A stretch of 64,000 nucleotides of DNA from Smithella sp. (GCA_049523355.1 JBEKMY010000001.1:8962-72961); one strand, 5' to 3'; counted from the stretch's first letter, positions 33,418-45,151 are shown. The notes: generated from the sequence alone by a model not told the origin. A program made the numbers and translations.

Positions 33418-34611
33418 ATGGCAAAGAAAAAATTTGAAAGGACTAAGCCGCATTTAAATATAGGAACAATCGGTCACGTGGATCATGGTAAAACCACATT
33501 AACGGCCGCAATCACAAAATATCTGGCGAAGAAGGGTTTGGCGGAATTCCGGGCTTTTGATTCGATTGATAACGCTCCGGAAGAAAAAGAACGCGGCGTT
33601 ACCATCAATATTTGCCACGTGGAATACGAGACAGCAAAAAGACATTACGCGCACGTAGACTGCCCCGGCCATGCCGACTATATCAAAAACATGATTTCCG
33701 GTGCCGCCCATATGGACGGAACGATACTGGTTGTTGCCGCTTCCGATGGTCCTATGCCTCAAACACGTGAACATATTCTCCTTGCCCGTCAGGTGCAGGT
33801 TCCTTATATTGTTGTTTATCTGAATAAAGTTGATCTGGTTGACGATCCTGAACTCTTGGATCTGGTTGAATTGGAATTACGGGAACTCTTAACTCAATAT
33901 GAATTCCCCGGTGACAACATTCCCATCATTCGCGGCTCCGCGCTCAAAGCGCTGGAAGCCGAAGATGTCAATTCTCCCGATGTGAAAAGCATTGAGGAAC
34001 TGATGGACGCTGTGGATAATTACATTCCCGAACCCAAACGCGATACAGACAAACCTTTCCTTATGCCTGTAGGTGACGTTTTTACTATTTCCGGACGTGG
34101 TACGGTTGTTACGGGTAGAGTGGACAGAGGCATTGTAAAGGTTGGTGAGGAAGTTGAAATCATCGGAATAAGACCGACAATCAAGACGGTTGTTACCGGT
34201 GTGGAAATGTTCCGCAAAACACTTGACGAAGGCCGTGCCGGTGATGACGTCGGTTTGTTGATTCGTGGAATCAAACGTGAAGAAGTGGAAAGAGGTCAGG
34301 TTGTTGCCAAACCCGGTTCCATTACTCCTCATACCAAATTTGAAGCGGCTGTTTACGTTCTGACCAAAGAAGAAGGCGGCCGTCATACGCCATTCTTCTC
34401 CGGTTATCGTCCTCAGTTTTATTTCCGGACAACCGATGTGACGGGAATCGCCACGCTTCCTGAAGGAGTAGAAATGGTCATGCCCGGTGATAACGTCAAA
34501 ATGACCATTGAGTTAATTATGCCCATAGCCATGGAACAGCAGTTAAGATTCGCTATTCGTGAGGGTGGAAGAACAGTAGGCGCTGGAGTCGTAAGCAGGG
34601 TTATTGAATAG
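33418..34611 (+). CDS. tuf: Elongation factor Tu
   Basis: [31 protein letters not shown]. Confidence 0.99.
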   Translation: MAKKKFERTKPHLNIGTIGHVDHGKTTLTAAITKYLAKKGLAEFRAFDSIDNAPEEKERGVTINICHVEYETAKRHYAHVDCPGHADYIKNMISGAAHMDGTILVVAASDGPMPQTREHILLARQVQVPYIVVYLNKVDLVDDPELLDLVELELRELLTQYEFPGDNIPIIRGSALKALEAEDVNSPDVKSIEELMDAVDNYIPEPKRDTDKPFLMPVGDVFTISGRGTVVTGRVDRGIVKVGEEVEIIGIRPTIKTVVTGVEMFRKTLDEGRAGDDVGLLIRGIKREEVERGQVVAKPGSITPHTKFEAAVYVLTKEEGGRHTPFFSGYRPQFYFRTTDVTGIATLPEGVEMVMPGDNVKMTIELIMPIAMEQQLRFAIREGGRTVGAGVVSRVIE

Positions 34612-34636
34612 AAACAGGGAATAGGTTATTTGATTA

Positions 34637-34945
34637 ATGAAAGAGCAAAAGATTAGAATTCGTCTCAAGGCTTACGATTATAAACTATTAGATCGTTCTG
34701 TAGAAGAAATAGTGGAAACCGCAAAGAAAACAGGTGCACGTGTTGCCGGTCCTATCCCTATTCCTACTGAAATCAATAAGTATTGTGTAAATCGCTCACC
34801 TCATGTGGACAAAAAATCTCGCGAGCAGTTTGAAATAAGAACACATAAAAGATTGGTTGATATCGTTGGGCCTACTCAAGCCACTGTGGATGCTTTGATG
34901 AAACTGGATCTCTCCGCCGGAGTGGATGTGGAAATAAAGGCGTAG
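34637..34945 (+). CDS. rpsJ: 30S ribosomal protein S10
   Basis: [22 protein letters not shown]. Confidence 0.98.
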   Translation: MKEQKIRIRLKAYDYKLLDRSVEEIVETAKKTGARVAGPIPIPTEINKYCVNRSPHVDKKSREQFEIRTHKRLVDIVGPTQATVDALMKLDLSAGVDVEIKA

Positions 34946-35049
34946 GCATGCTTTTAGATTTTTGGGAAATGGCATCATGTAATCGCCATTCTTCAAATTG
35001 AATGTTATTGACTTAATTTATTTAAAAAGTTGGAATACTGGAATATCAG

Positions 35050-35682
35050 ATGAGTAATGGAATTATTGGAAAAAAATTGGGAATGGCTCAGGTGTTTGCC
35101 GAAGACGGAGCTGCGGTTGGTGTTACTGCTATTGAGGTTGAACCATCCGTTGTTTTGCAGGTAAAAACAAAAGCGAAGGATGGTTACGATGCCATTCAGA
35201 TTGGTTATGGCCGTATCAAACAAAAAAATGTTACCAAGCCACTGCAGGGTCATTTTAATAAGGCCAATAAAGGATTCTTCCGTTTTGTGAAAGAATTTCC
35301 TGTGCAATCTGAAAAATACGAGGTGGGACAGGAAATTACCGCTGATATATTCAAGATTGGCGATTATGTTGACATTGTCGGAACGTCGAAGGGAAAAGGA
35401 TTCCAGGGTGTTATTAAAAGGCATGGTTTCGGCGGCGGCAGGGCGACACACGGGTCCATGTTCCATCGGGCACCAGGTTCCATTGGCGCCAGTGCGGATC
35501 CATCGCGTGTTTTTAAAGGAACTAAATTGCCTGGTCAAATGGGCAATGTTCGTAAAACTATCCAAAATTTAGAGGTATGGCAGGTTCGTTCAGACAGAAA
35601 CTTACTTTTGTTAAAGGGTTCGGTTCCTGGAAGCCAAAACGGTTTTGTATTAATTAAAAAAGCAAAGAAAAAGAGTGCTTAA
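35050..35682 (+). CDS. rplC: 50S ribosomal protein L3
   Basis: GKKLGM, SKGKGFQG, HRAPGSIG. Confidence 0.98.
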   Translation: MSNGIIGKKLGMAQVFAEDGAAVGVTAIEVEPSVVLQVKTKAKDGYDAIQIGYGRIKQKNVTKPLQGHFNKANKGFFRFVKEFPVQSEKYEVGQEITADIFKIGDYVDIVGTSKGKGFQGVIKRHGFGGGRATHGSMFHRAPGSIGASADPSRVFKGTKLPGQMGNVRKTIQNLEVWQVRSDRNLLLLKGSVPGSQNGFVLIKKAKKKSA

Positions 35683-35703
35683 GTCACATCTGGAGTTATA
35701 GAC

Positions 35704-36327
35704 ATGGCAGTTGTGGATGTTTTTGATATTGAAAAGAAGAAAGTTTCAGAGGTTGATTTGAATGACGCTGTGTTTGCCGCCGAAGTCAATGAAGCTATTA
35801 TATACGACGTAGTGAAAATGCAATTGGCCTCGCGCCGTTCCGGCACTGCCTCAACGAAAACGAGAAGCGATGTCAGTGGCGGCGGAAAAAAACCTTGGCG
35901 TCAAAAAGGAACCGGCCGGGCCAGATCTGGAACGTCGAGATCACCTATCTGGAGAAGCGGTGGAACTGTTTTTGGTCCGCATCCCCGGGATTACTCTTAC
36001 AGCATACCCAAGAAGGTGCGTAAGAAGGCTTTGATATCCGCTTTGAGCATGAAATTAAAAGAGAACAAAATGGTGATCTTGAAAGATTTTCCGATGGATA
36101 AAATCAGTACGCGCGTCTTTAAAAGTGTTTTTGATCTTTTTAGCCTTAAGAAAGCACTTTTTGTTCTGGATGATAACAATGAAGTTTTATTAAAGTCATC
36201 GCGAAATATAAAAAATGTCAAGATGGTCAGGTCAGAGGGTATTAACGTTTATGATATTTTAAACCATGAACATTTAATCCTTCTTGAACCCTCTGTAAAA
36301 AAGATTGAGGGGGCATTGCTGGTATGA
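35704..36327 (+). CDS. rplD: 50S ribosomal protein L4
   Basis: KPWRQKGTGRAR, GGTVFGP. Confidence 0.98.
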   Translation: MAVVDVFDIEKKKVSEVDLNDAVFAAEVNEAIIYDVVKMQLASRRSGTASTKTRSDVSGGGKKPWRQKGTGRARSGTSRSPIWRSGGTVFGPHPRDYSYSIPKKVRKKALISALSMKLKENKMVILKDFPMDKISTRVFKSVFDLFSLKKALFVLDDNNEVLLKSSRNIKNVKMVRSEGINVYDILNHEHLILLEPSVKKIEGALLV

Positions 36328-36614
36328 TGGAAATTAATAAAGTTGTTAAGAAAATACTGGTTACGGAAAAAAGCACAACTGCGCGGGAGACATCGAATAA
36401 ATATTTCTTTGAAGTCGACCGCAAAGCAAATAAAGTTGAAATAACTAAAGCAGTGGAAAAGCTTTTTAAAGTCAAAGTTGTTGACGTTCATGTTATGCAG
36501 GTTTTAGGAAAAAAGAAAAGAATGGGAAGAGTTGTGGGTCAAAAGAGTTCCTGGAAAAAAGCTATAGTGACTTTAAATGCCGGCAGCAGTATCGAATTTG
36601 CTGAAGGCGTATAA
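36324..36614 (+). CDS. rplW: 50S ribosomal protein L23
   Basis: [18 protein letters not shown]. Confidence 0.97.
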   Translation: MMEINKVVKKILVTEKSTTARETSNKYFFEVDRKANKVEITKAVEKLFKVKVVDVHVMQVLGKKKRMGRVVGQKSSWKKAIVTLNAGSSIEFAEGV

Positions 36615-36637
36615 GAATTGGTTTAAGGATTAGACTG

Positions 36638-37459
36638 ATGGGAATTATTAAGTATAAACCAACATCACCGGGCAGACGATTTCAAAGTGTTTCGGATTTT
36701 GCAGAGATTACTTCATCTGAGCCGGTGAAAAGGCTGCTGAGGCCATTAAAGAAGAAAGGCGGCCGTAATTCTTATGGGAGAATTACAGCCCGGTTTATTG
36801 GCGGTGGTCATAAACAAAAATATAGAGTGATAGATTTTTGCCGTAACAAAGCCGATATCCCTGCTACGGTTGCCACAATCGAATACGATCCAAACAGAAC
36901 GGCTAGAATTGCTCTGCTTAATTATCGGGATGGTGAAAAAAGATATATTGTCGCGCCGGCGCAAGTTAATGTCGGGGATGTTTTATTCAGTGGTGATAAG
37001 TCCGATATTAAGCCAGGTAATGCCGTACCACTAAAAAACATACCTTTGGGATCATTAATTCATAATGTGGAATTAAAGGTTGGCCGCGGCGGACAATTAA
37101 TAAGATCTGCCGGTGCTTATGGTCAGTTAATGGCAAAAGAAGAAAATTATGCTCAAGTTCGACTTCCTTCGGGCGAAGTGCGCAAAGTATTTATTGACTG
37201 CATGGCGACCATAGGACAAGTGGGAAACAATGAGCATGAAAATATTAGTATCGGTAAAGCCGGAAGAAAACGTTGGTTAGGTAAAAAACCGCACAATCGT
37301 GGTGTCGTAATGAATCCGGTCGACCATCCCATGGGTGGAGGCGAAGGTAAGTCTTCAGGCGGCAGGCATCCCTGTACGCCATGGGGTATTCCAACAAAGG
37401 GTCACAAAACGAGGAAAAACAAGAGAACTGATAAATATATTATCAAGAGAAGGGGTTAA
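36638..37459 (+). CDS. rplB: 50S ribosomal protein L2
   Basis: [23 protein letters not shown]. Confidence 0.99.
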   Translation: MGIIKYKPTSPGRRFQSVSDFAEITSSEPVKRLLRPLKKKGGRNSYGRITARFIGGGHKQKYRVIDFCRNKADIPATVATIEYDPNRTARIALLNYRDGEKRYIVAPAQVNVGDVLFSGDKSDIKPGNAVPLKNIPLGSLIHNVELKVGRGGQLIRSAGAYGQLMAKEENYAQVRLPSGEVRKVFIDCMATIGQVGNNEHENISIGKAGRKRWLGKKPHNRGVVMNPVDHPMGGGEGKSSGGRHPCTPWGIPTKGHKTRKNKRTDKYIIKRRG

Positions 37460-37464
37460 AAAGC

Positions 37465-37746
37465 GTGGCACGTTCGGTCAAAAAAGGTCCGTATATTGAA
37501 GAAAGGTTGCTGGCAAAAACCAGAAAGATGGAAGCTGAAGGCAACAAGAATGTCATAAAGACTTGGTCACGGCGTTCGACCATAACACCGGAACTGATCG
37601 GTTATACTTTTGCCGTTCATAATGGAAAAAAGTTCATCCCTGTTTATGTGACAGAAAATATGGTGGGGCACAAACTTGGTGAATTTGCGCCGACAAGAAT
37701 TTTTTATTCGCATTCAGGTGATCGAAAGACGAAAGTTCACGCTTAG
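37465..37746 (+). CDS. rpsS: 30S ribosomal protein S19
   Basis: [16 protein letters not shown]. Confidence 0.98.
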   Translation: MARSVKKGPYIEERLLAKTRKMEAEGNKNVIKTWSRRSTITPELIGYTFAVHNGKKFIPVYVTENMVGHKLGEFAPTRIFYSHSGDRKTKVHA

Positions 37747-37772
37747 ATATTCCGAAGACACAGAGGATAAAT

Positions 37773-38105
37773 ATGGAAGCAAAGGCAGTTGCAAAACATA
37801 TAAGGATGTCATCACAGAAAGTTAGACTTGTGGTTGATCTAATAAGAGGAAAAAAGGTGCAAGAAGCACGCAGTATCCTTCTTTACACCAGAAAATATGC
37901 GGCAGGTATCGTTGCTAATGTGCTGAAATCCGCTGTTGCCAATGCCGCCCAAAATCCTAACATTGACGAAAATGTTCTTTATGTAAAGGAAATCTTCGTA
38001 GATCAGGGGCCGTCATTAAAACGTTGGCGGGCAAGAGCACAGGGAAGAGCGGCAGGCATTAAAAAGAGAAGTTCACATATTACAGTTATTTTGGATGAAA
38101 TGTAA
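37773..38105 (+). CDS. rplV: 50S ribosomal protein L22
   Basis: [23 protein letters not shown]. Confidence 0.98.
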   Translation: MEAKAVAKHIRMSSQKVRLVVDLIRGKKVQEARSILLYTRKYAAGIVANVLKSAVANAAQNPNIDENVLYVKEIFVDQGPSLKRWRARAQGRAAGIKKRSSHITVILDEM

Positions 38106-38117
38106 GGAGGTACGATA

Positions 38118-38759
38118 TTGGGTCAGAAGGTTAACCCGGTAGGATTACGATTAGGCTACATTAAGAAGTGGCAATCAGTATGGTTCGCCGATAAAAAATA
38201 TAGCGAAGTGTTGCATGAGGATTTACAGATCAGAAAGTACCTCAAGAAGAAGCTGTATCATGCAGGGATTTCTAAGATTGAAATTGAAAGAGCTGCCAAT
38301 AAAGCCAAGGTAAATATTTACTCGGCCAGACCCGGTGTAATAATAGGTAAAAAAGGTTCCGAAATCGAAAAACTGAAATCGGAAGTGGAAAAGTTTACGC
38401 AATCGGAAATCATTGTCAATATTTTGGAAATACGAAAACCGGAAGTAGATGCCCAGCTTGTTGCGGAAAATGTTGCTATGCAACTGGAGAAAAGAGTTGC
38501 ATTTCGTCGCGCGATGAAGAAATGCGTAGGTTACGCCCTAAAATTTGGCGCTAAGGGAATAAAAATAGCCTGTTCCGGAAGATTAGGCGGCGCGGAAATG
38601 TCGCGATCTGAATGGTATAGGGAAGGTCGCGTGCCGTTACATACGTTACGAGCTGATATTGATTATGGATTTACTGAGGCCAGCACGGCTTACGGATTGA
38701 TAGGAGTTAAGGTTTTTATTTTCCACGGAGAAGTTTTACCAACGAAGAATAAAAAATAA
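38118..38759 (+). CDS. rpsC: 30S ribosomal protein S3
   Basis: [26 protein letters not shown]. Confidence 0.98.
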   Translation: MGQKVNPVGLRLGYIKKWQSVWFADKKYSEVLHEDLQIRKYLKKKLYHAGISKIEIERAANKAKVNIYSARPGVIIGKKGSEIEKLKSEVEKFTQSEIIVNILEIRKPEVDAQLVAENVAMQLEKRVAFRRAMKKCVGYALKFGAKGIKIACSGRLGGAEMSRSEWYREGRVPLHTLRADIDYGFTEASTAYGLIGVKVFIFHGEVLPTKNKK

Positions 38760-38841
38760 AGTTCGTCTTCCCTGCCGGTTTATTGATCTGGATTATACCG
38801 AGTAAGGAATTATATAGGTAGGAATAACGGGAGTTTAGCTT

Positions 38842-39264
38842 ATGTTAATGCCAAAAAGGGTAAAATATAGAAAGTTGCAAAAAGGCCGAATGGGTGGCAA
38901 AGCAACCAGGGGAAGTTCAATTGCTTTTGGTGAATACGGATTGCAGGCGGCAGAGTGCGGCTGGATTACTGCAAGACAAATCGAAGCCGCTCGTGTTGCT
39001 ATGACCCGTCACGTCAAACGTGGCGGAAGGATTTGGATAAGAGTGTTTCCTCATAAATCAGTGACGAGCAAACCTGCTGAAACCCGTATGGGTAAAGGAA
39101 AAGGCGCTCCCGAAGGATGGGTGGCTGTGGTTAAACCCGGTTCGGTTCTATATGAAATGGAAGGTGTAACGAGAGACGTTGCCAAAGAAGCATTTCGCCT
39201 GGCAGCTCATAAATTATCCATAGCAACTAAATTTTTATCCAGGGAGATATCTGATGAAAATTGA
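38842..39264 (+). CDS. rplP: 50S ribosomal protein L16
   Basis: RQIEAAR, RMGKGKG. Confidence 0.98.
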   Translation: MLMPKRVKYRKLQKGRMGGKATRGSSIAFGEYGLQAAECGWITARQIEAARVAMTRHVKRGGRIWIRVFPHKSVTSKPAETRMGKGKGAPEGWVAVVKPGSVLYEMEGVTRDVAKEAFRLAAHKLSIATKFLSREISDEN

Positions 39265-39448
39265 TGAAATCAGAGCTCTCGATGTAAGCGGGCTCAAACA
39301 AAAAATCGCTGACTTAAGTGAAGAACTTTTTCGATTAAAGATTAGACATTCATCAGGGCAATTGGAATCAACAGTGATGCTTGCGCGCTTCCGTAAAGAT
39401 ATTGCCCGTGTCAACACCGTGTTGAAGGAAAAGGAGGCTGCAGGATAA
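39254..39448 (+). CDS. rpmC: 50S ribosomal protein L29
   Basis: [17 protein letters not shown]; synteny. Confidence 0.96.
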   Translation: MKIDEIRALDVSGLKQKIADLSEELFRLKIRHSSGQLESTVMLARFRKDIARVNTVLKEKEAAG

Positions 39449-39451
39449 CGC

Positions 39452-39709
39452 ATGGCTGAGAGGGGTAATAAACGCACTATTAAGGGCGTCGTTGTAAGTA
39501 ACAAGATGGATAAGACAATAGTGGTTAAAGCAGAGCGCTTGGTAAAACATCCTATTTTTCACAAATATGTTCGTAAACACTTGAAATATAAGGCTCATGA
39601 TGAAAAAAATCAGAGCAAACTGGGAGATACGGTTTTGATTATTGAGTCAAGACCGTTAAGTAAAGAAAAACGCTGGCGTATGCTGGAAATATTAGATAAA
39701 GCAAAATAG
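39452..39709 (+). CDS. rpsQ: 30S ribosomal protein S17
   Basis: [18 protein letters not shown]. Confidence 0.98.
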   Translation: MAERGNKRTIKGVVVSNKMDKTIVVKAERLVKHPIFHKYVRKHLKYKAHDEKNQSKLGDTVLIIESRPLSKEKRWRMLEILDKAK

Positions 39710-39753
39710 ATTGATTGACTTGTTTGGACAAGTAGTTTTATGAGGATTTCTTT

Positions 39754-40122
39754 ATGATTCAGATGCAGACCGTATTAAATGTTGCGGATAATTCCGGCGC
39801 CAAAAAAGTTGCTTGTATTAAAGTGCTGGGTGGATCGAAGCGGCGTTACGCAAGTTTGGGTGATGTTATTGTGGTTTCGGTAAAGGAAGCAATTCCGAAT
39901 TCCAAAGTTAAAAAAGGCGACGTGATAAAAGCAGTTATCGTTCGCACAGTTAAGGAAGTAAAAAGGCCGGACGGCTCTTATTTGAAGTTTGATGATAATT
40001 CGGCGGTATTAATTTCTAATCAGATGGAACCAGTTGGAACAAGAATTTTTGGACCTGTTGCTCGTGAGCTAAGAGCAAAACAGTTCATGAAAATTATATC
40101 TCTAGCGCCAGAAGTTTTGTAA
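39754..40122 (+). CDS. rplN: 50S ribosomal protein L14
   Basis: [15 protein letters not shown]. Confidence 0.99.
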   Translation: MIQMQTVLNVADNSGAKKVACIKVLGGSKRRYASLGDVIVVSVKEAIPNSKVKKGDVIKAVIVRTVKEVKRPDGSYLKFDDNSAVLISNQMEPVGTRIFGPVARELRAKQFMKIISLAPEVL

Positions 40123-40144
40123 AAATGCTTTGCAGAGGGAAAAA

Positions 40145-40468
40145 ATGAGTTTAAGCAAATTGAAAAAAGGGGATATGGTTAAAGTTCTTGCTGGTAAAGA
40201 TAAAGGCAAGACGGGTAAAGTATTAACGGTTATTCCCGAGAAAAACAAAATAGTAATAGAAAAAGTTAATTTAATTAAGAAACATAAAAGGCCGGATCAG
40301 AAAAGCAAAGGCGGCGTTGTGGAAAAAGAAGGGGCGATTCACATTTCTAAAGTCGGATTGATTTGTAACAAATGCAATGCCGCTGTTAGGATAAAGAGCA
40401 AAACGCTCGATGACGGGAAGAAGATACGCATCTGCAGTAAATGCAACGACGTAATTAATGTAGGTTAA
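40145..40468 (+). CDS. rplX: 50S ribosomal protein L24
   Basis: KOW GDMVKVLAGKDKGK; alternative TTG start at 40130. Confidence 0.96.
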   Translation: MSLSKLKKGDMVKVLAGKDKGKTGKVLTVIPEKNKIVIEKVNLIKKHKRPDQKSKGGVVEKEGAIHISKVGLICNKCNAAVRIKSKTLDDGKKIRICSKCNDVINVG

Positions 40469-40474
40469 TTAAAT

Positions 40475-41014
40475 ATGGCAAGACTCAAAGATTATTATCT
40501 GGAAAAAGTAGTTCCGGCTCTGACAAAGGAATTTAATTATAAAAATCCGATGCAGGTGCCGAAAATGGAAAAAATTGTCATCAACATGGGTTTAGGCGAA
40601 GCCATTCAAAATGTAAAGATTATTGATGGCGCCGTACAGGAGTTGGCTGCTATTACCGGACAAAAACCGGTAATAAACAAGGCAAAGAAATCCATTGCGA
40701 CGTTTAAGTTGAGGCAGGGCATGCCCATTGGTTGTTCGGTTATTTTAAGAAAAAGCAATATGTATGAATTTTTTGATCGTTTGGTCAATGCCGCCTTGCC
40801 CAAGGTAAGAGATTTTCGTGGTATATCACCCAATGCGTTTGACGGCAGGGGGAATTTTTCTATAGGTTTACAGGAACAAATTATTTTCCCTGAAATTGAA
40901 TATGATAAAGTGGATAAAGTAAGAGGAATGAATATTACCATCGTGACTACGGCAAAAACTGATGCGGAAGCCAGGTTTTTACTAAAGCTGATGGGGGTTC
41001 CTTTTAAACAATAA
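40475..41014 (+). CDS. rplE: 50S ribosomal protein L5
   Basis: KIVINMG, RDFRG, FDGRGN. Confidence 0.98.
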   Translation: MARLKDYYLEKVVPALTKEFNYKNPMQVPKMEKIVINMGLGEAIQNVKIIDGAVQELAAITGQKPVINKAKKSIATFKLRQGMPIGCSVILRKSNMYEFFDRLVNAALPKVRDFRGISPNAFDGRGNFSIGLQEQIIFPEIEYDKVDKVRGMNITIVTTAKTDAEARFLLKLMGVPFKQ

Positions 41015-41041
41015 TTTAGTGAAGCTCCGGAGGAATTTGAT

Positions 41042-41227
41042 GTGGCAAAGAAGTCATTAATTGTAAAAGCGAAGAGGGAAATGAAATTTTCGGTTAGGCA
41101 ATATAACCGGTGCCCGCTTTGCGGAAGGCCGCGAGCATATTACAGAAAATTTGATATGTGCAGAATTTGTTTGCGTAAACTTGCCCTGCAGGGAGAACTT
41201 CCCGGGGTAATAAAATCGAGTTGGTAA
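41042..41227 (+). CDS. rpsN: 30S ribosomal protein S14, type Z (zinc-binding)
   Basis: [22 protein letters not shown]; 61 aa. Confidence 0.97.
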   Translation: MAKKSLIVKAKREMKFSVRQYNRCPLCGRPRAYYRKFDMCRICLRKLALQGELPGVIKSSW

Positions 41228-41250
41228 CTTTAGTTTAAGGAGAAAAAAGC

Positions 41251-41652
41251 ATGGGAATGACTGATCCTATTGCCGATATGTTAACCAGAATCAGAAACGC
41301 GAATAAGGCCCGTTTCAAAACGGTGAATATTAATATGTCCCAGATGAATATTAATATTGCCAAAGTATTGAAGAAGGCTGGTTATGTCAGTAATTATGAT
41401 AATGTAAAAAATGAAAAAGGCCAGCAGATGATAGAAATCATTCTTAAATATCCGGACGCCAAACGTACCGTGATTACAAATATTAAAAGAATCAGTAAGC
41501 CGGGCCGCAGGGTTTATGTTCCTTCAGACAGCATTCCTAAAGTTTTGAATGGTTTGGGAATTTCTATTCTCTCGACTTCAAAAGGAGTTATTACTGATGC
41601 GGAAGCCAGGGAATTAAACGTTGGCGGTGAAATTCTTTGTAACGTTTGGTAA
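41251..41652 (+). CDS. rpsH: 30S ribosomal protein S8
   Basis: DPIADMLTRIRN, SKPGRRVY, GGEILC. Confidence 0.98.
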   Translation: MGMTDPIADMLTRIRNANKARFKTVNINMSQMNINIAKVLKKAGYVSNYDNVKNEKGQQMIEIILKYPDAKRTVITNIKRISKPGRRVYVPSDSIPKVLNGLGISILSTSKGVITDAEARELNVGGEILCNVW

Positions 41653-41688
41653 TTTTCAAAAAATGATATTAAGCAGGAGCGCTTGTTC

Positions 41689-42228
41689 ATGTCGAGAATA
41701 GGTAAAAAACCAATAACTTTTTCCAAGAATGTTAAAATCAGCCAGAGTGCTGGTTTAGTTAAAGTGGAAGGTCCCAAAGGGACACTGTCTTCTAAATTGC
41801 CGGAAGGAATTACTATCAAAATAGGCGACGGCAACTTAGTGGTTGAAAGAACCTCTGAAGAATTACGTGTGCGGTCCTATCATGGCTTAACAAGAACCTT
41901 AGTAGGAAACATGGTGACGGGTGTTACGACTGGTTTTGAAAAAAAGCTGGAAATATCCGGTGTCGGTTATCGCGCTGAATTTGCTGATAAGAGCTTAAAG
42001 TTCATTTTAGGTTTTTCAAGTCCTGTGCAGTACGATATTCCCAAGGGAATAGATGTTAAAGTGGACAAGCAAGTTAATATAGTCGTTTCCGGTATTGATA
42101 AGGAATTAGTTGGCAGGGTTGCCGCGGAAATCAGAGCGTTAAAAAAACCTGAGCCTTACAAGGGCAAAGGCATTAAATATGCTGACGAATATATTAAGCG
42201 TAAGGCCGGTAAGTCGGCGAGCGCTTAA
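41689..42228 (+). CDS. rplF: 50S ribosomal protein L6
   Basis: MSRIGKKP, GVGYRA, PEPYKGKGI. Confidence 0.98.
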   Translation: MSRIGKKPITFSKNVKISQSAGLVKVEGPKGTLSSKLPEGITIKIGDGNLVVERTSEELRVRSYHGLTRTLVGNMVTGVTTGFEKKLEISGVGYRAEFADKSLKFILGFSSPVQYDIPKGIDVKVDKQVNIVVSGIDKELVGRVAAEIRALKKPEPYKGKGIKYADEYIKRKAGKSASA

Positions 42229-42266
42229 TTAAGTAAAAAATTATATACCCGTAAAGAGGTAGAACA

Positions 42267-42632
42267 TTGGCTTCCAAAAAGACATTAAAGATCAGAGAAA
42301 AGAGAGAGAAAAGAACAAGGGCAAAACTTGTCGGAACACAAGAAAAGCCTCGTCTTTCCGTATTCCGGAGTGATAAGCATATTTATGCTCAAGCCATTAA
42401 TGATACACAGGCGAGCACGTTGGCAACGGCATCTACTCTGTGTAAAGAATTAGCTAAAAAGATTAAAGACAAGAAGAAAGTAGATATAGCCAGGGAAGTA
42501 GGCAAATTAATCGCGCAGCGATTACAAGCCTTGGGAATTGATAAAGTAGTTTTTGACAGAGGGAGATTTCTTTATCATGGCCGCGTAAAGGCATTAGCAG
42601 ATGCCGCAAGGGAAAGTGGTCTGAAATTTTAA
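42267..42632 (+). CDS. rplR: 50S ribosomal protein L18
   Basis: [22 protein letters not shown]. Confidence 0.98.
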   Translation: MASKKTLKIREKREKRTRAKLVGTQEKPRLSVFRSDKHIYAQAINDTQASTLATASTLCKELAKKIKDKKKVDIAREVGKLIAQRLQALGIDKVVFDRGRFLYHGRVKALADAARESGLKF

Positions 42633-42669
42633 ATTTACTAAATATTAATCGATAATAAAGGAAGAATCT

Positions 42670-43149
42670 TTGGATAAGAGAGAAATGAAAGATGTGGAAT
42701 TCCTTGACAGGGTTGTTGCCATTAACAGAACGGCGAAGGTAGTCAAGGGCGGAAGGCGTTTTCGTTTCAGTGCCATTGTTGTTATAGGTGATGGCAAAGG
42801 TATGATCGGGACGGGATTGGGTAAAGCTCATGAAGTGCCGGAAGCCATTCGCAAGGGCATGGACATGGCCAAGAAAAATATGGTGAAAGTTGCCATTGTG
42901 GGAAGAACGATTCCTTATGAAGTAATTGGCCGCGCCGGCGCGGGCAAAGTTCTATTAAAACCGGCATCCGAAGGAACGGGTTTGATTGCAGGTGGGGCTG
43001 TAAGGGCAGTGTTGGAAGTTGCCGGTGTCCATAATGTTTTAACGAAATGTCTGGGATCTCATAATCCGCATAATCTGGTGAAAGCCACTCTTGAAGGCCT
43101 TTGTCAGTTAAAAAATCCAGAGGAAATAGCGGTGCAAAGAGGCAAGTAG
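42670..43149 (+). CDS. rpsE: 30S ribosomal protein S5
   Basis: [19 protein letters not shown]. Confidence 0.98.
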   Translation: MDKREMKDVEFLDRVVAINRTAKVVKGGRRFRFSAIVVIGDGKGMIGTGLGKAHEVPEAIRKGMDMAKKNMVKVAIVGRTIPYEVIGRAGAGKVLLKPASEGTGLIAGGAVRAVLEVAGVHNVLTKCLGSHNPHNLVKATLEGLCQLKNPEEIAVQRGK

Positions 43150-43180
43150 TCCTGTCAACCATACGATGAGGTGGATTAGA

Positions 43181-43369
43181 GTGGGTAAGATGTTGAAAAT
43201 TAAGAAAGTGAAAAGTGAGATTGGTCGTCCTGAAAAACATAGAAAAGTTTTAAGAGGAATGGGACTGAACAAATTAAATAGCACTGTAACTTTAGCTGAT
43301 ACTCCGCAGGTGCGCGGTATGATAAATAAGGTTATTCATTTAGTCTCTGTGGAAGAATCAAAGGAGTAG
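43181..43369 (+). CDS. rpmD: 50S ribosomal protein L30
   Basis: KSEIGR, RGMINKVIHLV; start GTG 43181 or ATG 43190. Confidence 0.95.
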   Translation: MGKMLKIKKVKSEIGRPEKHRKVLRGMGLNKLNSTVTLADTPQVRGMINKVIHLVSVEESKE

Positions 43370-43372
43370 TAT

Positions 43373-43819
43373 ATGGATTTGGGTTCGTTGAAATCTCCTG
43401 CTGGTGCGACGAAAAAACGGAAGCGCGTTGGGCGTGGTGATGCTTCCGGTCATGGCGGAACATCCGGCAGAGGCGATAAGGGACAAAAGGCTCGCTCAGG
43501 TGGAAAGGTGAGATCTGGATTTGAAGGTGGACAAATGCCGATGGCCCGCCGCTTGCCCAAACGGGGCTTCCGTAATCTTTTCCGCGAAAAATTCGTTGCT
43601 GTAAACATTCTGGATTTATGCCGGAAATTCAGTAAAGGAGCGGTTATTGATGAAGCGGCTCTTTTGCAAAGCGGCATTGTAAAGAAAAAAAGCAGCAACG
43701 TTAAAATTTTGGCCAAGGGAGAAATTAATTTTCCCGTCACCTTAAAACTAACCAAAATCAGTCAGGCCGCGAAAAACAAAATTACCGCCGCCGGTGGTTC
43801 AATAGAAGAGGTAATATAA
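43373..43819 (+). CDS. rplO: 50S ribosomal protein L15
   Basis: RVGRG, GFEGGQMP, LPKRGF. Confidence 0.98.
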   Translation: MDLGSLKSPAGATKKRKRVGRGDASGHGGTSGRGDKGQKARSGGKVRSGFEGGQMPMARRLPKRGFRNLFREKFVAVNILDLCRKFSKGAVIDEAALLQSGIVKKKSSNVKILAKGEINFPVTLKLTKISQAAKNKITAAGGSIEEVI

Positions 43820-43820
43820 T

Positions 43821-45128
43821 TTGTTAGAAGGGCTGGGTAGCGTATCTAAAATTCCTGAATTGCAAAGAAGGATCTTATTCACGATCCTTCTTTTAGGTGT
43901 TTATCGAATCGGTGTATATATTCCGACTCCGGGAATTGATAATGTGGCCTTATTGGCGTATTTTGAACATGCAAAAGGTTCCTTATTCGGTTTGATGGAC
44001 ATGTTCGCCGGTGGAGCTTTCAGTCATTTTTCTATTTTTGCTTTGGGCATTATGCCCTATATTAGTTCTTCGATCATTTTGCAGTTATTAACTATTGCTG
44101 TTCCTCATCTGGAAAGACTTTCTAAAGAAGGAGAAACGGGACGGCGCAAAATTACTCAATACACCCGTTATGGAACAGTTCTTTTAAGTACGATTCAGGG
44201 TTTTGGTATTGCTTTTGGTTTACAGCAAATGACTGGGCCGTCGGGCGCTCCGATTGTTTTGCAGTCCGGCTGGTCATTTATAATCCTGACAGTTATCACA
44301 TTAACTTCCGGCACAGCCTTTATTATGTGGCTTGGCGAGACAATTACGGAAAAAGGTATTGGCAACGGTATATCACTGATAATTTTTGCAGGTATTATTT
44401 GTCGAATACCTGCGGCCATTGGCAGTACATTCAGATTGGCTGCAGCCGGCGAACTGGGCGTACTGGTCATTTTATTTGTTACCATATTAATGGTATTAGT
44501 GGTAGGCGCGATTGTTTTTGTTGAAGGTGGTCAACGCCGTATTCCCGTGCAATATGCTAAAAGAATCGTGGGGCGTAAAATGTATGGTGGTCAAACCACG
44601 CATCTGCCTCTGAAGGTAAATACTTCAGGAGTTATTCCTCCGATTTTTGCATCATCGGTGATTATGTTTCCGGCTACCATTGCAAATTTTGCGCCGCAGG
44701 GCTGGATGCAAACTATTGCCGGCCATTTAAAACCTGGTCAGCTTATTTATGAAGTGCTTTATGTAGCTTTTATCTTTTTCTTCTGTTTCTTTTATACGGC
44801 AGTTACCTTTAAACCCGATGATGTTGCCGACAATATGAAAAAATTTGGCGGTTATGTGCCGGGTATAAGGCCTGGCAAAAAAACAGCTGAATATATTGAA
44901 AACGTTCTGGAAAGACTAACTTTTAGTGGTGCTATTTACGTATCCATAGTATGCGTGCTGCCCAGCGTTTTAATTGCTAAACTGAATGTTCCTTTTTATT
45001 TTGGTGGAACGGCGCTCTTGATTGTTGTTGGTGTGGCAATGGATACAGCCAGTCAAATTGAATCGCATTTACTTACAAGGCAATACGAAGGATTCATGAA
45101 AAAGGGACATATTGTCCGCAGGAGATAA
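43821..45128 (+). CDS. secY: Preprotein translocase subunit SecY
   Basis: LGIMPYISSSI, GIGNGISL, GVIPPIFA, IPG/VPGIRPG, FGGTALLI. Confidence 0.98.
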   Translation: MLEGLGSVSKIPELQRRILFTILLLGVYRIGVYIPTPGIDNVALLAYFEHAKGSLFGLMDMFAGGAFSHFSIFALGIMPYISSSIILQLLTIAVPHLERLSKEGETGRRKITQYTRYGTVLLSTIQGFGIAFGLQQMTGPSGAPIVLQSGWSFIILTVITLTSGTAFIMWLGETITEKGIGNGISLIIFAGIICRIPAAIGSTFRLAAAGELGVLVILFVTILMVLVVGAIVFVEGGQRRIPVQYAKRIVGRKMYGGQTTHLPLKVNTSGVIPPIFASSVIMFPATIANFAPQGWMQTIAGHLKPGQLIYEVLYVAFIFFFCFFYTAVTFKPDDVADNMKKFGGYVPGIRPGKKTAEYIENVLERLTFSGAIYVSIVCVLPSVLIAKLNVPFYFGGTALLIVVGVAMDTASQIESHLLTRQYEGFMKKGHIVRRR

Positions 45129-45151
45129 CGGAAGATTGTTGGTTATTAATA

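Noticed and set aside
43147-43179. Stop-codon readthrough of rpsE (TAG followed by a short frame ending in another TAG)
   Set aside because: S5 is essentially full length at RGK, and the extension has no similarity to S5 tails.
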